Part shown: positions 37,060 through 43,701 of the stretch, piece after piece
Numbering within the stretch: position 1 is the first letter of the stretch
Layout of the letters: each line of letters starts with the position of its first letter
From: an uncultured Ignavibacteriales bacterium
Lineage (GTDB): Bacteria > Zixibacteria > MSB-5A5 > GN15 > FEB-12
Assembly (NCBI GenBank): GCA_964464605.1
Contig: CAYXJN010000006.1
Coordinates: 275,981 to 319,681 of the forward strand
Direction: 5' to 3'
Length of the DNA stretch: 43,701 nucleotides
The notes under the pieces: model-generated
What the model saw: the letters and a program-made list of their open reading frames with translations, nothing else
Database searches by the model: none
Told to the model about the DNA's origin: nothing
Program-made: the position numbers and the translations under genes

Positions 37060-39219
37060 ATGCGCCTCTCAGGCATTCTTGCGGCTGTATGTGTCGTTAT
37101 CGCGGCCGGAATTACTCAGGCTGAAACGTACACGCAAATCAAGCTCGACAAGCTCACCAAACAGCAGTACCTGCAGATTCAGCAAAAGGGGCTTGATCGC
37201 CTTGAAAGTGAGGGGGACGTTATCGAAATTCTCGCCAAATCGGAAGACCTGATCTGGCTGCAGGAAACCGGAATCGGGTATGAGGTTACTATTCCCGATG
37301 TTGTCCGGTTTTATCAGGATCGAATCGGGCCGGATAAACTCATGGGCGGATTTCGTACCTTTTCTGAAATCGTTGCCTATTTGGACAGTCTGCACACTGC
37401 ATATCCGACATTAACCACTGCAAAATTTTCTATCGGTAATTCTCTTTTGGGGAATCCGATCTGGGCGCTGAAAATTTCCGATAATCCGAACGTTGACGAA
37501 AATGAAGCCGAACTCCTGTACATTTCGGTCATTCATGCCCGTGAACCCGCCGCCGGTGCAGCGGTGTTGAATCTGATGAATCATTTTCTCTCCAACTATG
37601 GCAGCAATTCAGAGATTACCAATCTGGTCAATAACCGTGAATTGTACTTTATCCCGATTCAAAATCCGGATGGATACTTACACAATCAATCAACCAACCC
37701 GAGTGGCGGAGGTCTCTGGCGCAAGAACCGGAGAAACAACGGTGACGGGACCTTTGGCGTCGATTTGAATCGCAACTATGGCGCGGATTGGGGTTTTGAT
37801 GATCTCGGTTCATCCGCACAAACAAATTCTGAAACGTACCGCGGAACATCTGCGTTTTCAGAACCGGAAACACAAGTAGTTCGTGATTTCACTATCAGCC
37901 GTAATTTTGTAATCGTCCACAATTATCACTGCTATTCAAATTTAGTGCTCTGGCCTCCGGGTAACGTGCGTGATTACACGCTGCAGGAAGATTTCTTCAG
38001 AAATCTCGGCGACTCGATGACTCAATTTAACGGCTATTCTCCACAGCCGGGATGGGCATTGTATCCAACCAATGGCGCCGCTGATGACTGGCATTGGAGT
38101 GACACGATTTTGAAACCGCGTCAGATTTCTTTGACCACCGAAATCGGAAATAGTGGGGATGGATTCTGGCCCTCTCCGGCACGTATCCCGACGCTTGTTT
38201 CCGAAAACGTGTTCCCCGGTGTATTCCTCGCGAGAATTGCTGACAATCCGTATATCATCGGACCGCCGGTTACGCCGGTCTTGTCGGCACCGGATTCATC
38301 CGGCAAAGACTTTGCAATCAATTGGACCTGTACAGATTCTATCAATCAGCCGGTATCCTACAGGATTTTAGAAATGACCGGCAAGACTACCAAAACCGAT
38401 TCTGCAGAAACGGATAATGGTTATTGGGAAACTGTCCGGATGACTATTAGCGGAACCCGGGCGCATACCGGTGTTTCGTCGTGGGTTTCACAGAGCGCCA
38501 ATCAGTCGAATCATTGGCTGATTTCGAAAGTGCCGTATCAGGTGAAAGCGAATGATTCACTCGTGTTCTGGATGTGGTATGATATCGAGCAGGATTTCGA
38601 TTATTTTTACGCGCAGGTTTCCACCGACGGTGGCTATTCATTTACTAATTTAGCAAATAATCTGACTACCAATAGCGATCCGAACAACATCAATTTAGGT
38701 AATGGCATTACCGGGTCATCGAGCAATCTGTGGCGTCGCGCCGCCTTTAATTTGGCTCCGTATGTCGGTCAACAGGTCTATTTCCGTTTATCGTATTTCA
38801 CCGATGGCTTCGTGCTTGGCAGCGGTGTCTTTATCGATGATATCGAAAAAGTAGAATTTTTTGCTGACACCACCGAAGTCACGCCGGCTGCGCTTGGCTT
38901 TACCTATAACTTTACCAACAAACCGAACGGCCAGTATTGGTACCGTGTTACCGGAACCGATGCGCAAGGGCAGGAGAGCCGCTTGTCGAATATCGAAGGA
39001 GTAAAAGTTCAGGGCTTGTTGGTGGGTGACTGCAACAATAGCGGTTCAATCTCCGTTGCCGATCTAACCTATCTTGTGCAGTTTCTGTTTAACGGGGGGG
39101 CAGCGCCTAATCCGACCGCATTGGCCGATGTCAATTGCTCCAATTCGATTACTGTTGCTGATCTGGTCATGCTGGTTCAGTACCTGTTTAACAGCGGTCC
39201 GACACCGAATTGTCCGTAA
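37060..39219 (+). CDS. Secreted M14 zinc carboxypeptidase (carboxypeptidase T-like) with beta-sandwich/Fn3-like domains and C-terminal dockerin
   Basis: HARE, NPDG, WRKNRR, GVDLNRNY, SEPE, NYHCYS, TTEIG; duplicated GDCNNSGSISVADLTYLVQFLF / ADVNCSNSITVADLVMLVQYLF. Confidence 0.92.
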   Translation: MRLSGILAAVCVVIAAGITQAETYTQIKLDKLTKQQYLQIQQKGLDRLESEGDVIEILAKSEDLIWLQETGIGYEVTIPDVVRFYQDRIGPDKLMGGFRTFSEIVAYLDSLHTAYPTLTTAKFSIGNSLLGNPIWALKISDNPNVDENEAELLYISVIHAREPAAGAAVLNLMNHFLSNYGSNSEITNLVNNRELYFIPIQNPDGYLHNQSTNPSGGGLWRKNRRNNGDGTFGVDLNRNYGADWGFDDLGSSAQTNSETYRGTSAFSEPETQVVRDFTISRNFVIVHNYHCYSNLVLWPPGNVRDYTLQEDFFRNLGDSMTQFNGYSPQPGWALYPTNGAADDWHWSDTILKPRQISLTTEIGNSGDGFWPSPARIPTLVSENVFPGVFLARIADNPYIIGPPVTPVLSAPDSSGKDFAINWTCTDSINQPVSYRILEMTGKTTKTDSAETDNGYWETVRMTISGTRAHTGVSSWVSQSANQSNHWLISKVPYQVKANDSLVFWMWYDIEQDFDYFYAQVSTDGGYSFTNLANNLTTNSDPNNINLGNGITGSSSNLWRRAAFNLAPYVGQQVYFRLSYFTDGFVLGSGVFIDDIEKVEFFADTTEVTPAALGFTYNFTNKPNGQYWYRVTGTDAQGQESRLSNIEGVKVQGLLVGDCNNSGSISVADLTYLVQFLFNGGAAPNPTALADVNCSNSITVADLVMLVQYLFNSGPTPNCP

Positions 39220-39236
39220 TCATTAACTGTATTTCT

Positions 39237-39267
39237 AAGCCGCTCTTATCAAAGGAGCGGCTTTTTT
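39237..39267 (+). terminator. Intrinsic terminator
   Basis: AAGCCGCTC...GAGCGGCTT followed by T-run. Confidence 0.88.
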
Positions 39268-39319
39268 ATTCACGCTGGTGACTTGTGTATATATGAAAAT
39301 AGCTGTTCCTTATTCTCCT

Positions 39320-39919
39320 ATGAGTTTTGCAAAAAAACAAGGCAGACCGCATCAGAAAGAGAAACAGCAGCGGGATCGGTTTCGCCATGCGGACATGACC
39401 AGTTTTGTCAGACTCCGTGAGGAAGAAGAGCTATATGAATTGCTCGACAAGCTTTCTCAACCGCCGTTACTCTTGATTCTTGACGGTCTCACTGATCCGC
39501 ACAATTTCGGGGCCTGTTTGCGAACAGCAGAAACTGCGGGAGTGCATGCGGTCATTATTCCGAAAGACCGCTCTGCTCCGGTTACCCGTGTGGTAAAAGA
39601 GGTCGCATCTGGCGCTGCGGAACGGGTACCGATCATTCAAATCACCAATCTTGCCCGATGCATGAAAAAACTGAAAGATCGGAATGTCTGGTTGGTCGGG
39701 ACAAGTCATCGGGCTTCAAAAAGTCTTTATGATATCGATTTCCGCGGGGCGACTGCGTTGGTCGTCGGCTCTGAAGGTGCAGGTATGCGGCGCTTAACCG
39801 AAGAGGAATGCGATTTCACCTGCCGGATACCGATGCAGGGATCGGTCGAATGTCTGAATGTCTCTGTTGCCACCGGAGTCTGCCTTTTTGAAGCGGTTCG
39901 ACAGCGGATAACGCGGTAA
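39320..39919 (+). CDS. rlmB: SPOUT 2'-O-methyltransferase, RlmB-like, with short N-terminus
   Basis: [46 protein letters not shown]; start uncertain (39293 or 39320). Confidence 0.85.
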   Translation: MSFAKKQGRPHQKEKQQRDRFRHADMTSFVRLREEEELYELLDKLSQPPLLLILDGLTDPHNFGACLRTAETAGVHAVIIPKDRSAPVTRVVKEVASGAAERVPIIQITNLARCMKKLKDRNVWLVGTSHRASKSLYDIDFRGATALVVGSEGAGMRRLTEEECDFTCRIPMQGSVECLNVSVATGVCLFEAVRQRITR

Positions 39920-40009
39920 ACAGGCGCGGGAACTTGTTCGGGAGAGTTCTGGTTATACGTCGGTATAAAGAAAAACAATTGTGTACAGACACTATTATCT
40001 GGAGGACCT

Positions 40010-40615
40010 GTGTTCAAAAAGCTCTCACTCGCCGCGTTAACCGTTGTTGCGTTCGCCTTTGCCGCTCAGGCGCAAACCTGGACTGTCGATCATGCCCATT
40101 CTAAAATCAACTTTACTGTCAAGCATCTTGTGCTGACCAATGTCTACGGCCAATTCAAGGATTTTGAGGGAACAGTCGTTTTCGACGGAACGAATGTCGG
40201 CAAAGCGACTGCCGAATTTACGATTCAGGCGGCTTCGATTGACACGGACAACGAAAAGCGTGATGGTCACCTACGCAGTGCAGACTTCTTTGAAGTGGAA
40301 AAACATCCGACGATTACCTTCAAATCCAAAAAGGTCATTAAGGGAGAAGGAAGCAAGTTTCAGTTAGTCGGTGATCTTACGATCAAAGATGTCACTAAAG
40401 AAGTTACCTTTGACTGTGAATTCGCCGGTATCCTGCCGGGAAAAGATGGCGCCGATAAAGCCGGATTCTCTGCGCACACAACGATTAACCGTCAGGATTA
40501 TCACGTTAGCTGGAGCCGTACGCTCGATAACGGCGGTTTGGTTGCCGGTGATGATATCAAAATAGCCGTTGATCTTGAATTGAATAAACAAGTTGAAGAA
40601 GCGGCCAAACAGTAA
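40010..40615 (+). CDS. yceI: YceI-family periplasmic lipid-binding protein
   Basis: WTVDHAHS..F.VKH, SIDT...RDGHLRSADFF, GDLTIK, INRQDY; SD GGAGG. Confidence 0.93.
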   Translation: MFKKLSLAALTVVAFAFAAQAQTWTVDHAHSKINFTVKHLVLTNVYGQFKDFEGTVVFDGTNVGKATAEFTIQAASIDTDNEKRDGHLRSADFFEVEKHPTITFKSKKVIKGEGSKFQLVGDLTIKDVTKEVTFDCEFAGILPGKDGADKAGFSAHTTINRQDYHVSWSRTLDNGGLVAGDDIKIAVDLELNKQVEEAAKQ

Positions 40616-40634
40616 CCGCGTTTTTGCCATATGC

Positions 40635-40661
40635 AAAAGGTCGGCATTGCCGGCCTTTTTT
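40635..40661. terminator. Bidirectional intrinsic terminator between yceI and lexA
   Basis: AAAAGGTCGGC-att-GCCGGCCTTTTTT. Confidence 0.8.
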
Positions 40662-40683
40662 ATTTCTAACCCTTTTCAGTTCA

Positions 40684-41295
40684 CTAAGCGAACTGTCGAA
40701 TCAGCCCGACTACTTTTCCGGCGATACGAAATTCCGGAGATGCCGCATTCACGACAATAGGCTTGAAGGCATCATTTTCCGGCTGGAGGATTATCTGTTT
40801 GCCGCTCGGCATATACCGTTTCACTGTTGCCTCGCCGCCGACTAAAGCCACAACGATATCACCCTTTTGGGCGGTCTCCTGTTTTCTTACGATGACGATA
40901 TCCCCATCATAAATTCCGGCATCCCGCATCGAATCACCGGTAACCTGTAATGAAAAGCTGTCCCCTTTGGGTAGGAAAGACTGATCTAACACCAATTCGG
41001 TTTCCCTGTTTTCAATCGCATCAATAGGTACGCCGGCCGGCACAGAGCCGACTAAAGGAATGCGTCGAACCGGAGTTCGCTGGCTTTTTGGAAATTGAAG
41101 TCCACGAGCAAGATAGTCATCTTTTCTTAAGTATCCCTTTCGGATAAGTGAGGAAAGATGTTGGTGTACTCCGTTAGTTGAAGTTATACCGAAAGCCCGG
41201 CCGATTTCCCGAAGGGTCGGCGCCGTTCCACGCTCATCGAGACTTTGACGTATATACTCTAAAATTTGACGTTGTCGTTCGGTCAATTGACTCAA
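40684..41295 (-). CDS. lexA: SOS repressor LexA
   Basis: LTERQRQIL, PTLREIG, VPAG cleavage site, GDSM (catalytic Ser), ATVK (catalytic Lys); TTG start with GGAG. Confidence 0.96.
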   Translation of the reverse strand: MSQLTERQRQILEYIRQSLDERGTAPTLREIGRAFGITSTNGVHQHLSSLIRKGYLRKDDYLARGLQFPKSQRTPVRRIPLVGSVPAGVPIDAIENRETELVLDQSFLPKGDSFSLQVTGDSMRDAGIYDGDIVIVRKQETAQKGDIVVALVGGEATVKRYMPSGKQIILQPENDAFKPIVVNAASPEFRIAGKVVGLIRQFA

Positions 41296-41377
41296 ACACA
41301 GGCTCCGTTTGTTTCACATGAATGACACATCACACACAATAATACGGAAGTTCATTATCTTCCTGTATCACATTATG

Positions 41378-41409
41378 AAAAAAAAACGGCGAATGTATTC
41401 GCCGTTTTT
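41378..41409 (-). terminator. Intrinsic terminator after the EF-G gene
   Basis: AAAAACGGCGAA-tgta-TTCGCCGTTTTT with a 9-T tail on the minus strand. Confidence 0.88.
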
Positions 41410-41429
41410 CTGGGGTATAACCAATATGC

Positions 41430-43523
41430 TTAGTGCTCCAGTTGGGCTGCTTCCCGCAAGTGGCGCGTTTCCTCGATAATCTTCTGAGCAACTTCGTGCG
41501 GAACCTCTTCGTAGTGCGAGAAGGTCATTGTATACACGCCTTGTCCCTGTGTCATTGACCGCAGATCGACGGCGTATTGATACAATTCCGCCTGGGGCAC
41601 GGTAGCACGGATAATCTGATCAGAGCCGTCAGGGTCCATACCGGCGATTCGACCGCGACGGGAGGAAAGATCCCCCATGACATCACCGGCATAATCTTCC
41701 GGAACATGTATTTCGACTGAATAAATCGGTTCAAGGATTACCGGTTTGCAGTTCATAAATCCTTCTTTAAAGGCCATCAATCCGGCGATTTTGAACGCCA
41801 TATCGGAGGAGTCGACATCATGGTAGGAACCATAGAACAGAGCAACGCGTACATCGACTACCGGTGCATGAGCCAGGCCGCCATGTAGCATCTGCTCGAC
41901 CACACCTTTTTCAACGGCCGGTATATATTTAGCTGGAATCGCGCCACCGGTAACTTCGTTTAGAAATTCAAACCCACCACCACGCTTGTTCGGTTCGATA
42001 CGAATATGTACATCGCCGAATTGTCCCCGTCCGCCCGATTGTTTTTTGTGGCGGTAATGATGTTCAGTTTTTGAGGTGATAGTTTCACGATAAGGGATTT
42101 TCGGTTTGGTAAGTTCGACATCGACACCAAACCGTTTCTTCAATTTATCGACAAGGATTTCAATATGGGTTGAACCTTGTCCCCAAAGTACCATCTGATG
42201 AAGCGCCGGGTCGGATATTAGTTTGAAGCTTGGATCCTCTTCATGCAGTTTATGCAGCCCGGTTCCGATTTTTTCCTCATCCCCTTTATTCTTTGGCTTG
42301 AGCGCGACGTCCATAACCGGATTCGGCAACTTCGGCGGCGCTATCGTAACGCCAAACGCGGCATCCGTCAGAGTATTTCCGGTATGCGTGTTTTTTAGTT
42401 TAACCAGAACACCCATATCTCCGGCCGTCGCTGCCGGCAGATCGATTCGGTTTTTTCCCTGCATAGTATAGACCTGTGAGGCGCGCTCTTGTACTTCCGT
42501 TGCCTGATTTTTTAGATCTATACCCTGTTTAATTGTTCCCTGAAATACGCGGAAGTAGGACATTTCACCAAGGTGACCTTCCGAGGCTGTTTTGAAAATA
42601 TAGGCAACGGTTGGGGCAGAGGAGTCGACTTTGAGTTCGACTTCATTTGTCGTTCCGGTTTTCAATCCTTTCGGATTCCCCATCTCTTTCGGTGAGGGGA
42701 GATATTCGACGATAAAATCCAACAATACTAAGCTGCCAACGCCGCGTAAGGCGGAGCCAAAAAAGACCGGATACAAACGACCAGTGTCGATACCGAGCGC
42801 GAGTCCTTTATGAAATTCATCTTCGGTGAGCGTGCCTTCGGAAAAGAATTTTTCGATGAGTGTGTCGTCCGCTTCGGCTGCTACTTCGACCAGTTTTTCC
42901 CGCTCAGCTTCGGCAATCGCTTTCATGTCGGCGGGAATCGGAATTTCCGAACGTTTACCGTCCTTTTCGAAGGTGTAGGCTTTCATGTGCAGTAAATCGA
43001 TAAGGCCGGTGAATTTGTCCCCTTCGCCGATCGGTATTTCTACTGCGACTGCCTGCTTGCCGAAGGCTTCCTTTAATGATTCAAGGTTGGTCTGCCATTT
43101 GACATTTTCCATTTCCATCTTGTTCACGAAAAAGAAATGGGCGAGGTTGAATGATTCAAGCGCCTTCCACTGCAGCTTGGTGCCGATTTCGACGCCGGCC
43201 GTTCCGTTGATAATGAATCCGACAGATTCGACCACGCGCGCGCAGTTCATCAATTCGCCTGCAAAATCAAGATGTCCCGGGCAATCGAGAATATTCAGTT
43301 TGACGTTTTGCCATTCACAGGCTAAAAGAGATGCGCTGATACTGGTTTTGCGGGCTATTTCATAATCATGAAAGTCTAAAAGGGAGGATCCCTCGTCAAC
43401 TCGTCCGATTCGTGTGGTAACTCCGGTGTGGAATGCGAAGGTATCGGCTAAACTCGTTTTGCCGCTGCTTCGTTGTCCGGCAAGGCAGACATTGCGGATT
43501 TTGTCGGTTGCATATTCTTTCAC
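41430..43523 (-). CDS. fusA: Elongation factor G paralog (EF-G2/EFG II), stand-alone
   Basis: Full five-domain EF-G layout (EEDPSF, YRETI, KKQSGGRGQFG, YHDVDSS, LRSMTQG) with divergent G motifs; not in an rpsL-rpsG-fusA-tuf context. Confidence 0.92.
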   Translation of the reverse strand: MKEYATDKIRNVCLAGQRSSGKTSLADTFAFHTGVTTRIGRVDEGSSLLDFHDYEIARKTSISASLLACEWQNVKLNILDCPGHLDFAGELMNCARVVESVGFIINGTAGVEIGTKLQWKALESFNLAHFFFVNKMEMENVKWQTNLESLKEAFGKQAVAVEIPIGEGDKFTGLIDLLHMKAYTFEKDGKRSEIPIPADMKAIAEAEREKLVEVAAEADDTLIEKFFSEGTLTEDEFHKGLALGIDTGRLYPVFFGSALRGVGSLVLLDFIVEYLPSPKEMGNPKGLKTGTTNEVELKVDSSAPTVAYIFKTASEGHLGEMSYFRVFQGTIKQGIDLKNQATEVQERASQVYTMQGKNRIDLPAATAGDMGVLVKLKNTHTGNTLTDAAFGVTIAPPKLPNPVMDVALKPKNKGDEEKIGTGLHKLHEEDPSFKLISDPALHQMVLWGQGSTHIEILVDKLKKRFGVDVELTKPKIPYRETITSKTEHHYRHKKQSGGRGQFGDVHIRIEPNKRGGGFEFLNEVTGGAIPAKYIPAVEKGVVEQMLHGGLAHAPVVDVRVALFYGSYHDVDSSDMAFKIAGLMAFKEGFMNCKPVILEPIYSVEIHVPEDYAGDVMGDLSSRRGRIAGMDPDGSDQIIRATVPQAELYQYAVDLRSMTQGQGVYTMTFSHYEEVPHEVAQKIIEETRHLREAAQLEH

Positions 43524-43585
43524 TCAAGCTCCTCCAGTGGGATATATAGCCACAAGTATGCTTATACGTTCAGAACTGAGTGATT

Positions 43586-43614
43586 AGAATATCGTTCGAA
43601 GCGGTTTCTGTCAA
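43586..43614 (-). promoter_or_regulatory. Sigma70 promoter for EF-G2
   Basis: TTGACA-N17-TATTCT, about 60 nt upstream of the GTG with GGAGG SD. Confidence 0.65.
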
Positions 43615-43701
43615 TACACCCCCAATGCGAACGTTCCCTCGGCACTTTTCCTTCCTAAAAAAAATATCCCCCTGCGAGGTGATTCCGGGTCACCTTTGTT
43701 C

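Noticed and set aside
39929..39957. GAAC-TT-GTTC and GTTC-N6-GTTC upstream of yceI as SOS boxes
   Set aside because: Spacings do not fit N4 or N7 boxes; may be a weak ECF promoter (GGAAC-N17-GGTT) but too uncertain to call
43657..43701. Hairpin AGGTGA/TCACCT and A-run at the window end
   Set aside because: Cut by the window edge; probably part of an upstream minus-strand terminator, cannot be assigned
1..43701. CRISPR arrays, tRNA/rRNA genes, transposases, integrases, defence genes
   Set aside because: None seen by eye; intergenic gaps are all under 300 bp and show no regularly spaced repeats or cloverleaf signatures

Overview
A gene-dense bacterial chromosome segment with no mobile element, CRISPR array, rRNA or tRNA that I can recognise. 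A dockerin of the GDxNxxG..VADLxYLVxxLF type, T9SS-like C-terminal tails and strong Shine-Dalgarno usage suggest an FCB-related candidate phylum such as Zixibacteria (inference). Housekeeping genes: rny (partial), ymdB, folD, lapA/lapB-like, SPOR, mutS-mutL-miaA, an mltD-like transglycosylase, sppA, HU, an unlisted 29-aa bS22-like ribosomal protein gene, purD, an rlmB-like methyltransferase, yceI, lexA and a stand-alone EF-G2. The most interesting part is a co-oriented cluster at 2.4-16.6 kb. It encodes a secreted Ig-like protein with a T9SS-like tail, a PorV-like barrel fused to TPRs, a membrane RsbW-kinase/sensor/HAMP/PP2C-phosphatase fusion, a STAS protein, a diguanylate cyclase and exopolysaccharide export genes. 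An A10/A_AAA_AAG slippery site could extend the STAS protein by a -1 shift into an HTH-like domain. A sigma54-type promoter heads the cluster, and three sigma28-like motifs sit inside it. A second notable signal is a T9SS-tailed protein with a cohesin-like module near a dockerin-bearing M14 peptidase. All calls come from motif reading, without database searches.
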